64,000 bases of DNA from Lachnospiraceae bacterium UBA1201 (GTDB lineage: Bacteria; Bacillota; Clostridia; Lachnospirales; Lachnospiraceae), in contig DBXX01000016.1 of assembly GCA_002309675.1 (NCBI GenBank), positions 5,374 to 69,373 on the forward strand, read 5' to 3'. Each line of letters opens with the position of its first letter. The stretch's first letter is position 1. The notes beneath the pieces are model-generated. The model saw only the letters and a list, made by a program, of their open reading frames with translations, ran no database searches and had not been told where the DNA came from. A program made the translations under genes and the position numbers. Below are positions 17,392 to 24,916 of the stretch, in pieces.

Positions 17392-18816
17392 CTAGTTCTC
17401 CTTATATTCAAAATAGTAAAACTCATCATCCTGTCCCGCTTTCACGAATCCATTGTCCGTGATCATCTTATAGGAAGCCGAGTTCACCTGATAACAACGC
17501 GCCTTACAGTGCAAGCCCAGTTTTTCACTCGCGTATCGCGCCATAGCGCCGAATGCCACTGTCCCGTAACCACGTCCGTGGTACTCAGGTTGTATCCGAC
17601 AGCCGATCTCCACATCGCCGCAGGAAGTAAACTGCCATAGGATTCCCTCTCCGATCATATCGCCGTCGGGCGTTTCGCGGATCGCGAAATTGATTGAATC
17701 ACCGCAGGCATTGTCATGCAGGATCGAGTGATAGAACAAACCTTCACAGACCGGACCGGTCAATGATACATCCTCGCGGTAATCGTAGCCCCAGTAGCGG
17801 TTGTTTTCCACGTCGGTGTTGAGCGCAAAACATGCGAGGATATCCTCCGGGCGGATCCGGGTCAGGACGACCGGACCGGCCTGCAGGACCAGATCCTGCG
17901 GCACGCACGCTGCCGGTGTATTCACATGGACCAGGTATTTGTGGACCATGTCGATCGGGTGATACTGCTGCTTCGACGTACGAAGCCCGGGATCGCCCGA
18001 ATCATCTTCACGGTTGATCGTTGTACATTTTCCGGGGAAAAGCTCGTCTACGAGCCTTACAAGGCCATTGTACATGGTCGGGTAAGCTCCTTCGTATTCT
18101 AGGAGCGCCTTTTCCACGTGGATCACGAGCATATCGCCGACGATCTCGGCGATACTGAACGCTGCGATCGCGTCGCCAACCTCCAGGCAGGCCGTGATCA
18201 TCTGAAAGCATTCGCTTAAAGCGAGCAGATTTTTCGCAGATTCCAGTTCCATCCGTTCCAGCAGGTTCGCATCCGCGTGCTCCGCCTCATAGCGTGTGAG
18301 CATAACGTCGAGTTTCGGCTGATCCTCCGGCTTAAGCAGACGGATCTTCGGCTCGCCGTATAGTTTCCGAAATTTATTGATATGGTTGCGCTGCCCGCTG
18401 TATTTCTTTCCGGCAAATGTCTTCGTCTCCTCAAAGGAATAGAGATAGTCGCTCCAGCGACGGTCATAGGAGCCCATGGCGTTGTCAAATCGCGAATCTT
18501 CGCGAAGTTCCAAAAGCCTCTGCTCCGATACAGGATAGAAACGAAGCGGCAGGTTCTCCTCCTGCACATATTGCAGAAGCTCATCGATCATACCGTCCGG
18601 ATCCTTACCGACCGGATAGGTAAAAGCCGGCTGGTCTCCTACATTCTGCCGGATCGTAAATGTATCATTCCATAAGCAAAACTGCATGTCCGTGCCTGCA
18701 TTCCAGAGGATCAGACTCCCGACCGAGAGATCACTCGCCGGAAAGTTCTTTCCGCACTTCAGAAAGCAGCGGTACGCATGCAGTTTCTCTATAGAATACG
18801 GCTCAAATAAAAGCAT
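17392..18816 (-). CDS. Soluble DUF2156 (MprF C-terminal, aminoacyl-transferase-like) domain fused to a C-terminal RimJ/RimL-like GNAT acetyltransferase
   Basis: The N-terminal 300 aa (FAGKKYSGQRNHINKFRKLYG..., LVIHVEKALLEYEGAYPTMYNGLV) resemble DUF2156 as I remember it. The C-terminal approximately 150 aa (NNRYWGYDYRED...IQPEYHGRGYGTVAFGAMARYA) are GNAT-like. No TM is present. Confidence 0.5.
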   Translation of the reverse strand: MLLFEPYSIEKLHAYRCFLKCGKNFPASDLSVGSLILWNAGTDMQFCLWNDTFTIRQNVGDQPAFTYPVGKDPDGMIDELLQYVQEENLPLRFYPVSEQRLLELREDSRFDNAMGSYDRRWSDYLYSFEETKTFAGKKYSGQRNHINKFRKLYGEPKIRLLKPEDQPKLDVMLTRYEAEHADANLLERMELESAKNLLALSECFQMITACLEVGDAIAAFSIAEIVGDMLVIHVEKALLEYEGAYPTMYNGLVRLVDELFPGKCTTINREDDSGDPGLRTSKQQYHPIDMVHKYLVHVNTPAACVPQDLVLQAGPVVLTRIRPEDILACFALNTDVENNRYWGYDYREDVSLTGPVCEGLFYHSILHDNACGDSINFAIRETPDGDMIGEGILWQFTSCGDVEIGCRIQPEYHGRGYGTVAFGAMARYASEKLGLHCKARCYQVNSASYKMITDNGFVKAGQDDEFYYFEYKEN

Positions 18817-18943
18817 CGTGTAAACCTCCCATCAATTCTACATATCGACGCTTAGCAATCATTCTTCTTTTAATTTGTTTATCAGCATCTCATCTCTCTG
18901 AAAGAGATGACACGCCCATTCTTCTTATTCATTCAAAGCGGGT

Positions 18944-19822
18944 TCAAAAATGCAGATCAAACATTGTATATGCCATACCGACAGTTGCACTGAAAAAATT
19001 AGCGAGAACGCCATATGCAGCTGCAGTCTTAGGGCGCTTCTCCCCTTTCAGATTCACGAGGCTGCGGGAATAGTATATGCTTTCGGAGAGCATAATAATA
19101 CATTCCAAAACTATAAAACTTTCAAACCAGATATTCCAACCGGCTGAGGCGGAATAAAGCGTATAAAGAAACAGATTCATCGGGATATTCGACGCAGTAT
19201 TCGCTATGAAAAACTTCTTTCTGTTTTGGGGCACCCTCGAAAAGCCGAAGGATGAAAAGACTGCGTACTCCATCACCAACGTAAGTATATAGCAGACCAA
19301 AAGGTATGTAATAAACGATACGAAAGGCCCTAATGAACCGGAAACGACCCATCTGTCTTTTTGAAAGTCATATGTATAGTCACGTGGCTCTATCATACTC
19401 TCGCTCATGGTCACTTCGCCTTCCGGCGAAATAAAAAGAAGTCTGCCGGGAAAAGGATTCTTATAGCCGCCATAATGCCAAGGGCCTTTTGAATGGTATA
19501 ACAGAGAGTTCGGATAGTATATCCAGCCATCATAATAAAACAGACTCAGGTACTCTTCGATCGATTCCTTATCCACTTGATCCAAATGAAACCCACTGTT
19601 TACTTTTTCCCGCTCGTCCCAAAAACCATAGGGCTTTGTGGCACCAGTATATTCTTTCACGATTATGGCACAAGAATACCCTGACGGCAGGTTTTCGATG
19701 TTGATCTGATAGTCCGGATGACAGCCCATGTCCGCAGAAACATATGAAACACTCGTCCAAATAACGAGCAGAGTCATGGAAAGCATCACGATTCCCTTTA
19801 AAAAACCACCTTTTGTTTTCAT
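18944..19822 (-). CDS. Membrane protein, unknown family (signal peptide, approximately 150-aa external domain, 4-5 C-terminal TMs), AT-rich gene
   Basis: The topology was read from the translation. I recognise no family motif. A sample line of the gene is only about one-third G+C by hand count. Confidence 0.5.
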   Translation of the reverse strand: MKTKGGFLKGIVMLSMTLLVIWTSVSYVSADMGCHPDYQINIENLPSGYSCAIIVKEYTGATKPYGFWDEREKVNSGFHLDQVDKESIEEYLSLFYYDGWIYYPNSLLYHSKGPWHYGGYKNPFPGRLLFISPEGEVTMSESMIEPRDYTYDFQKDRWVVSGSLGPFVSFITYLLVCYILTLVMEYAVFSSFGFSRVPQNRKKFFIANTASNIPMNLFLYTLYSASAGWNIWFESFIVLECIIMLSESIYYSRSLVNLKGEKRPKTAAAYGVLANFFSATVGMAYTMFDLHF

Positions 19823-19910
19823 ACTATTCTCCTCCTAAAAACACACTGCAAAAACTGCAGATTCCGAAACCATATCCTATCATTGATATTACCATGAAGC
19901 CTTATAAAAG

Positions 19911-20138
19911 TCAATCCCGGGGGTGCCTTTGCAGGCACTCCCGGGATCCGGATTTTTTCTCTGCGAGTAACATATTATAAGCTTCGATCTTGCGGATCTT
20001 ACGTGCCTGCCATACCGAAAACAGGAAGACCAGCACCGAAAGTATGATGGACGGCATGAAGCTGATGGCCGTCTGCAGGATCAGACTGTCAGAAGTATAT
20101 CCGATGGCCTTGTAGATGCCGTAATCCTTTCTCTTCAA
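19911..20138 (-). pseudogene. Remnant of an FtsX-family permease C-terminus
   Basis: The 75-aa ORF RKDYGIYKAIGYTSDSLILQTAISFMPSIILSVLV...WQARKIRKIEAYNMLLAE matches the conserved loop-TM and C-terminal KIxKIEpyxxL tail of FtsX/BceB-type permeases. It lacks the N-terminal TM, the external domain and a partner ATPase. A GC-rich hairpin (about 19914-19946) overlaps its 3' end. Confidence 0.5.
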
Positions 20139-20143
20139 ATGCT

Positions 20144-21205
20144 TTATTCATAGTAGGCGTAATATACGACCTTTCCATCCTCCACATAGACGAGGATCAT
20201 GTTTTCCACGATTCCCTTTTCGATATCGGCTTGCGTCCGACCCGGGTGATCCTTCGGATAGGACATACCGATACCGATTCGCAGATAACGAAGCCCATTG
20301 TCCGTGCTCTGTCTGAGGTGGATATACGTCTCATACCCCTCAGGCGGCATATAAGGCTTAAAGGATTTTGTCTCCTGATCATACCTGCCGATCGCCAGAT
20401 GCTGTTTCAGCGAATTAGCATCGATATCCTCGTAGGACAGGCGGACATAGAAGAACTCCATCACGCAGAATTCCCGGGTCTTATCTCCTTCCGGTTCTCC
20501 ATAGGCTATACCCGTAACCTCCGGATCAATGCCCAGATAATGTCCATCCAGCAGGATCGGGGCATTATCTGCCATATTATCGATCTTAATATCCGCGATC
20601 GGAGTATTCACCGTAAACTTCATCGTTTCGATGTAGGCGGAATTCTCACTGTCATAACGATAGCGGACCGGAACTTCAAAAGTCAGTCCCTCACCAGGCA
20701 CCTTCTGTTCCTCTTTTGAAATAAAAACCAAAGCAACCTTATAGAATACCTGATCATCCCCGGGACGCTCGATCCACTGGAAAACCTTCGATGGATGGGT
20801 ATAATTCGTCCCGCTGTCCTTATCATAATACTTGGATTTTCCGGTGTGATCGGAGATGTAGTAACCGGGCTTATCAAATTGCAGATAATAGGTCGAATAA
20901 TAGCGATCTCCGACCTTCGCATGATCGATCATCGCGAAGTAATAATCCGGTGTATCCATCTTCGGAAACTCCGTCGCCGGTTCGGTGGGCGGTTCAGTGG
21001 TCGTTTCGGCGATGGTCGTCGATACCTCCGTTGTAGGTTCCGCTGTCGTAGGCTCCACCGTCGTTTCCGGGACAGTCCATGCATCCACACTCTCTTCGGA
21101 CGTAGCCTGAGTTTCGTTGTTGTTCCCTTTACCGCAGCCTGTCAGGGCTCCGATCGCCAAAAGCAGGCACACTACTGCTAATAGCTTTCTGATACGTTTT
21201 GTCAT
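20144..21205 (-). CDS. Lipoprotein with Thr/Glu/Pro-rich linker, unknown function
   Basis: The lipobox is LAIGALTGCGKG, followed by the linker TTVEPTTAEPTTEVSTTIAETTTEPPTEPATE and then a globular domain. Confidence 0.6.
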   Translation of the reverse strand: MTKRIRKLLAVVCLLLAIGALTGCGKGNNNETQATSEESVDAWTVPETTVEPTTAEPTTEVSTTIAETTTEPPTEPATEFPKMDTPDYYFAMIDHAKVGDRYYSTYYLQFDKPGYYISDHTGKSKYYDKDSGTNYTHPSKVFQWIERPGDDQVFYKVALVFISKEEQKVPGEGLTFEVPVRYRYDSENSAYIETMKFTVNTPIADIKIDNMADNAPILLDGHYLGIDPEVTGIAYGEPEGDKTREFCVMEFFYVRLSYEDIDANSLKQHLAIGRYDQETKSFKPYMPPEGYETYIHLRQSTDNGLRYLRIGIGMSYPKDHPGRTQADIEKGIVENMILVYVEDGKVVYYAYYE

Positions 21206-21289
21206 ATTCCTTCCTTATCCCTTTCTCAATCGGCATTTACGCCGTTGTAGTTTCTCATCCCCTATCTTACCATAAATGCCACCTATTTT

Positions 21290-22081
21290 CTACACCAGTT
21301 CTTTCTTCTGATAGCGCACCAATGTCATCAGGATCAGCACTGCAAACAGCGCCAGACTGATGACAACAAAGATCGGCCGGATCTCGGAATTCGTGATCAC
21401 ACCACGCGAGTCTGCGAGCGTAAACACGGAAATATATTTAAATCCTTCCACCGAACTTCCCATCTCGGATATCACGTTCAGAATATACGCGGCAAATACC
21501 ATGCCGATGCTGATCCCCAGCATTTTCTTCGTCTTATGGGTAAATGTGGATATGAACAAGCCCAGCGAAAACAGCACAATGGACGGAAATACGGGGGTAA
21601 TGCTTAACAGCAGGAGTTGTACATTGTCCGGGGTCTCCGAGATATTCAGTGCGACCATATTGAACACTCCGAGGAGGATGATCATAGACAGGATGTAGAA
21701 CATCGAAACGAGGATCTTATCCGTTACGACCCTACGTCTGGAGATCGGCAGCGCTGCCAGGTATTCGATCGTTTTCTCGCTCTCTTCTTTCAGAAGGATG
21801 TTCGAGCCGAGCAAACAGCTGTAGATTCCGACGATCAGGTACAGGAACACGAAACCCTCCGACTTCAGCCATCCGAACGCAGTGTCCAGACTCGCGATGT
21901 CCATGTTAAATGCCTTCAAGATCTCCGGGGGAAATGCTTTCAACATCTCGTCTACTTTGCTTCCGTTTTCATCGTTAATGATCGACGGATAAACCATGAA
22001 GATCAGCAGTAAGAGCACCAGCATGATCCCGGTCCAGATGAGAAAGCCCTTCAGATTTACTTTTAATTCACGTTTGATCAT
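21290..22081 (-). CDS. ABC-2 type transporter permease
   Basis: From MIKRELKVNLKGFLIWTGIML there are six predicted TMs. It lies immediately downstream of an ABC-2/DrrA-like ATPase. Confidence 0.7.
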   Translation of the reverse strand: MIKRELKVNLKGFLIWTGIMLVLLLLIFMVYPSIINDENGSKVDEMLKAFPPEILKAFNMDIASLDTAFGWLKSEGFVFLYLIVGIYSCLLGSNILLKEESEKTIEYLAALPISRRRVVTDKILVSMFYILSMIILLGVFNMVALNISETPDNVQLLLLSITPVFPSIVLFSLGLFISTFTHKTKKMLGISIGMVFAAYILNVISEMGSSVEGFKYISVFTLADSRGVITNSEIRPIFVVISLALFAVLILMTLVRYQKKELV

Positions 22082-22082
22082 C

Positions 22083-22982
22083 TTAGCGCTCCTCCGTGTA
22101 ATAGTGCATGAACATTTCTTCGAGTGTCGCTTCTTCAATGAGGATCTTATCGATGCGGTGGTTCGACAGTTTTTTGATCAATGTATCATCCGGCAGTACA
22201 TTTGCGAACCGCACGGAATGATCTTCTTTCGAAAGCACTTTTACGCCCAGATCCGATACGAGCGCATCGATGTCATCGGTTTCGACCGTAACAAACTTCA
22301 ACTGCTTATCGCTGATCTCGTCGACCGGACCGGCTTTTATGAGTTCTCCGCCGCGGATGATTCCGACACGGTCACAGATTCGCGAGACCTCGCTCAAAAT
22401 ATGCGTGGAATAAAAGACCGTGTTGCCTTTTTCACGTTCTTCTTTCAACAGTTCATAAAAAACGTTCTGCATGATGGGATCCAGACCGCTCGTCGGCTCA
22501 TCCATGATGATGAGCTCCGGCCCGTGCATCAGCGCCAATATGATCCCGACTTTCTTCAGATTTCCCAGAGAAAGATCTTCGATCTTCTTCGACTCATCAA
22601 GTTTCAGTCGCTCGACCAACTCTTTTCTTCTCTCATGGATCCCGGCTGCACGCTCGTATTTTCCGTAAAAACTCTCGTGATGATCGAATATCCCTTTTAC
22701 GGTAAGGTCATCGTATAAGAAGACCTCACTCGGCAGATAGCCGATCCTGCTTTTCGCCTCTATATCATCCCGGTCCAGTTCTTTTCCGTGAAACAAGACT
22801 GAGCCCGAATCTTTATTGATCAGATTCATGATCGAACGGATCGTCGTAGATTTACCGGCTCCGTTCGGCCCGATGAAGCCGAATATCTCCCCGCACTCTA
22901 ATTTCAGCGAAAGGTTCTCGACTCCCTTCACCTTACCATAGTATTTGGTAAGGTTTTTGATCTCCAAAATCGTTTCACCCAT
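22083..22982 (-). CDS. ABC transporter ATP-binding protein (ABC-2/DrrA-like)
   Basis: From MGETILEIKNLTKYYG: Walker A GPNGAGKST, signature LSLGNLKKV, Walker B IIMDEPTSGLD. Confidence 0.9.
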   Translation of the reverse strand: MGETILEIKNLTKYYGKVKGVENLSLKLECGEIFGFIGPNGAGKSTTIRSIMNLINKDSGSVLFHGKELDRDDIEAKSRIGYLPSEVFLYDDLTVKGIFDHHESFYGKYERAAGIHERRKELVERLKLDESKKIEDLSLGNLKKVGIILALMHGPELIIMDEPTSGLDPIMQNVFYELLKEEREKGNTVFYSTHILSEVSRICDRVGIIRGGELIKAGPVDEISDKQLKFVTVETDDIDALVSDLGVKVLSKEDHSVRFANVLPDDTLIKKLSNHRIDKILIEEATLEEMFMHYYTEER

Positions 22983-23065
22983 ACTTCTTCTCCTATTTGG
23001 TCTTTCTTCGACCTGTTCGCCCGCGGTCACCCCCGATTCCGCTTAGCATCCTAAGCCACGCACGC

Positions 23066-23527
23066 CTATCGCAGCGACATCACATAGATCTGGCAAGGGT
23101 TCAGTTCATCCCATAAGGTCGGAAGCATTTCGAACTCCTTAAAACCAAGCGCTCTGTAAAACAGGTTCGTCCTGTCATAGTCCTCATACAGTCCCATTTG
23201 AACCGTCTTCACCTGCATGAAGGAATACCCTCCGTCTACGGCTACCTCCTTCGCCCTCTGGAACATCGCCTTTCCGATTCCTGCCCTGTGATAGTCCATG
23301 AGCACGCCCATCACGTGGATCTCCATAGTATCCCTTCCCGTTTCTTTCAGACATAAAAAGCCAACCGGTTTTCCTTCGTCAAAGGCTGCGATCAAAGGAA
23401 GTCCGGCGCTCTCTTTTATATAGTTTTCGCGTGTCTCGCTGACCCCGAACCAATCGGGCAATGCTTCCAAAACCAGACGCGTGATCTGTTGTTTTTCATT
23501 TCCATCGTCTACTACTCTGATATCCAT
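23066..23527 (-). CDS. GNAT family N-acetyltransferase
   Basis: From MDIRVVDDGNEKQ, the acetyl-CoA site reads HRAGIGKAMFQRAKEVA. Confidence 0.75.
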   Translation of the reverse strand: MDIRVVDDGNEKQQITRLVLEALPDWFGVSETRENYIKESAGLPLIAAFDEGKPVGFLCLKETGRDTMEIHVMGVLMDYHRAGIGKAMFQRAKEVAVDGGYSFMQVKTVQMGLYEDYDRTNLFYRALGFKEFEMLPTLWDELNPCQIYVMSLR

Positions 23528-23708
23528 AGTTTTCCTTTCCCAACTCTCTGCCGTTATCATCGGTAAAATGGCCACACGATCGTAAATTCCGCCGTGAACA
23601 GCCGACACCCATCCGCCCGAAATACATTATTCAACCCACTAAAAATGTAGCATTTTCGGTACTATATGTCAACCGGATAATCGGTTTCTAAAGGCTTCAT
23701 CTGCCCTG

Positions 23709-23747
23709 AAAAAAAGCGAAAGGCTGCCGGAGCACGGCAGCCTTTCT
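23709..23747 (-). terminator. Intrinsic terminator after the MarR-like gene
   Basis: Minus strand reads AAAGGCTGCCG-TGCTC-CGGCAGCCTTT followed by CGCTTTTTT. Confidence 0.8.
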
Positions 23748-23770
23748 TGTATCGCAAAACAAGCGAAATA

Positions 23771-24358
23771 TTATTCTGTTCCGAGCAGTTTATCCAGCAG
23801 ATCAGAAAGCGTCTGCTTCTCATCTTCGGTCAGGCGACCGAAGAGTTCATCCAGGAAGGAATCTCTCTCCGAGCGGATCTCTTCCGCGCGGACAGCGCCC
23901 ATTTCTGTAAGCTTCAGTAAGGTAGCGCGCTTATCGTTTTCGTCGATAACGCGAACCAGGTATCCGTCGTCCTCCAGACGGCTGACAACTTCCGACGCCG
24001 AGGATGCGTTGATGCCGGCTGCCGCCGCCAGATCCTTCTGGCGAATGCCTTCCGGATATTCGCTGATGATGGTCAGCAAACGCTCACGGCTCATGCCTCT
24101 GCCCATCGGGCCGGCAGGTCCCTTTCCGAAACCGGGACGACCGCAGCCGGGCTTTCCGCCCATACCGAACGGCGGCTGAAAAGGTGCCCTACCCGGACCT
24201 CCGAGGCCGGGTTTACCACCCATGCCTCCAAAGCCGGGCTGACCACCCATGCCAAAAGGCGGGCGGAACGGCGTCTGACCGCTCTCTTTCATCTTCATCA
24301 TACCAAGTACTTTGGGTAAACTCATCATTTTTCTGAAAAGATCTCTGTTACTTACCAT
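23771..24358 (-). CDS. MarR-family winged-helix regulator with approximately 90-aa Gly/Pro/Met-rich repeat N-terminal extension
   Basis: The C-terminal approximately 105 aa (RERLLTIISEYPEGIRQKDLAAAAGINASSASEVVSRLEDDGYLVRVIDENDKRATLLKLTEMG) form a MarR wHTH. The N-terminus contains three copies of PPFGMGG(Q/K)PG(F/L/C)G-type repeats. Confidence 0.75.
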   Translation of the reverse strand: MVSNRDLFRKMMSLPKVLGMMKMKESGQTPFRPPFGMGGQPGFGGMGGKPGLGGPGRAPFQPPFGMGGKPGCGRPGFGKGPAGPMGRGMSRERLLTIISEYPEGIRQKDLAAAAGINASSASEVVSRLEDDGYLVRVIDENDKRATLLKLTEMGAVRAEEIRSERDSFLDELFGRLTEDEKQTLSDLLDKLLGTE

Positions 24359-24385
24359 TTTTTTCTCTCCTTTTCTTATGTGTAT

Positions 24386-24432
24386 TACTTCGGTTCCGAA
24401 CTAATTATACTTCGGTTCCGAACTAATGTCAA
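24386..24432 (-). promoter_or_regulatory. Consensus promoter of the MarR gene with two 20-bp direct-repeat operators
   Basis: Minus strand has TTGACA (24427-24432), a 17-nt spacer, then TATAAT (24404-24409). The 20-bp unit tacttcggttccgaactaat occurs twice (24386-24405 and 24408-24427). Each copy contains the inverted repeat TTCGG-nn-CCGAA. One copy fills the -35/-10 spacer and the other covers the start-site region. Confidence 0.75.
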
Positions 24433-24474
24433 GAGGTTTTTCAAATAAAATTTTAAGTTTCTTTCTGTTCCTCG

Positions 24475-24511
24475 AAAAAAAACCGGGAAGCCTCATTGCG
24501 AAGGCTTCCCG
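24475..24511 (-). terminator. Strong intrinsic terminator (second terminator of the riboswitch unit)
   Basis: Minus strand reads CGGGAAGCCTT-CGCAATG-AGGCTTCCCG followed by GTTTTTTTT. Confidence 0.85.
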
Positions 24512-24703
24512 AAGCAGTCATAAAGAATTTTAGAAACGCAAATGCCCCGTTAAACTAGGGGAAAGTTAACGGAGCACTTGCATGTGTAAATAAGGAAGGG
24601 ATGTATACAAAAAAAGTCAGTAAACGATTTCAGGTTGAAGATCCGGTATTGACCGCATGTTACAGGCATTTTTTCGGGCCTGTATCGGAAGAAGAAAATG
24701 GGA
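24512..24703 (-). ncRNA. Candidate non-coding RNA segment between the two terminators (C-rich motifs, no credible ORF)
   Basis: Minus strand contains the hairpins ACAGGC-CCGAAAAAAT-GCCTGT and CCGTTAA-CTTTCCCCTAG-TTTAACGG (UCCCC in the loop), plus the single-stranded CATCCCTTCCTTAT. The longest ATG ORF I found on this strand is 39 codons with no SD. Confidence 0.35.
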
Positions 24704-24736
24704 TAAAAAAAACTCCCCGGCTAAATTCCGTGGAGA
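24704..24736 (-). terminator. Intrinsic terminator, likely the riboswitch expression platform
   Basis: Minus strand reads CTCCACGG-AATTTAG-CCGGGGAG (one mismatch) followed by TTTTTTTT. It begins about 15 nt after the aptamer. Confidence 0.7.
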
Positions 24737-24751
24737 CAAAAACATACAAAA

Positions 24752-24838
24752 ATAAATGATAGCAGCTGGCTGTCCACTTCACATGGACCCTATAGCTTTG
24801 CGTCCTTATCTTACGATAAGTTTGCCCCACATATCTTC
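24752..24838 (-). ncRNA. c-di-GMP-I (GEMM-I)-like riboswitch aptamer
   Basis: Minus strand reads GUGGGGCAAAC-UUAUC-GUAA-GAUAA-GGACGCAAAGCUAUAGGGUCCA-UGUGAAG-UGGACAGCCAGCUGCUAUC. The GGCAAAC element, the GNRA-capped first hairpin, the ACGCAAAGC junction and the second hairpin closing into ..GCCAGC.. follow the pattern of the Vc2-type class I aptamer. Confidence 0.7.
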
Positions 24839-24857
24839 TTCAATTTTCAACAACTTG

Positions 24858-24886
24858 ATTATACCAAGCATATTTCGTCTTGTCAA
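24858..24886 (-). promoter_or_regulatory. Perfect sigma-A consensus promoter driving the riboswitch unit
   Basis: Minus strand has TTGACA (24881-24886), a 17-nt spacer (agacgaaatatgcttgg), then TATAAT (24858-24863). It is preceded by an A/T-rich UP-like tract. Confidence 0.75.
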
Positions 24887-24916
24887 TAGGTTTTTTCAAA
24901 ATTTTTTAGAAAAATT

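Noticed and set aside
24386-24427. The direct 20-bp repeats as a possible CRISPR or mobile-element end.
   Set aside because: There are only two copies 22 bp apart, placed exactly over a promoter. Each contains an inverted repeat, which is the layout of a regulator operator.
24601-24762. A plus-strand 53-codon ORF (MYTKKVSKRFQVEDPVLTACYRHFFGPVSEEENGIKKTPRLNSVETKTYKNK) preceded by AAGGAAGGG, antisense to the riboswitch unit.
   Set aside because: The SD-like sequence abuts the ATG with about 4 nt or less of spacing. I find no convincing plus-strand promoter or terminator. The ORF overlaps the minus-strand terminator and aptamer, and the protein has no recognisable features. I keep it only as the alternative explanation for the C-rich motif on the other strand.
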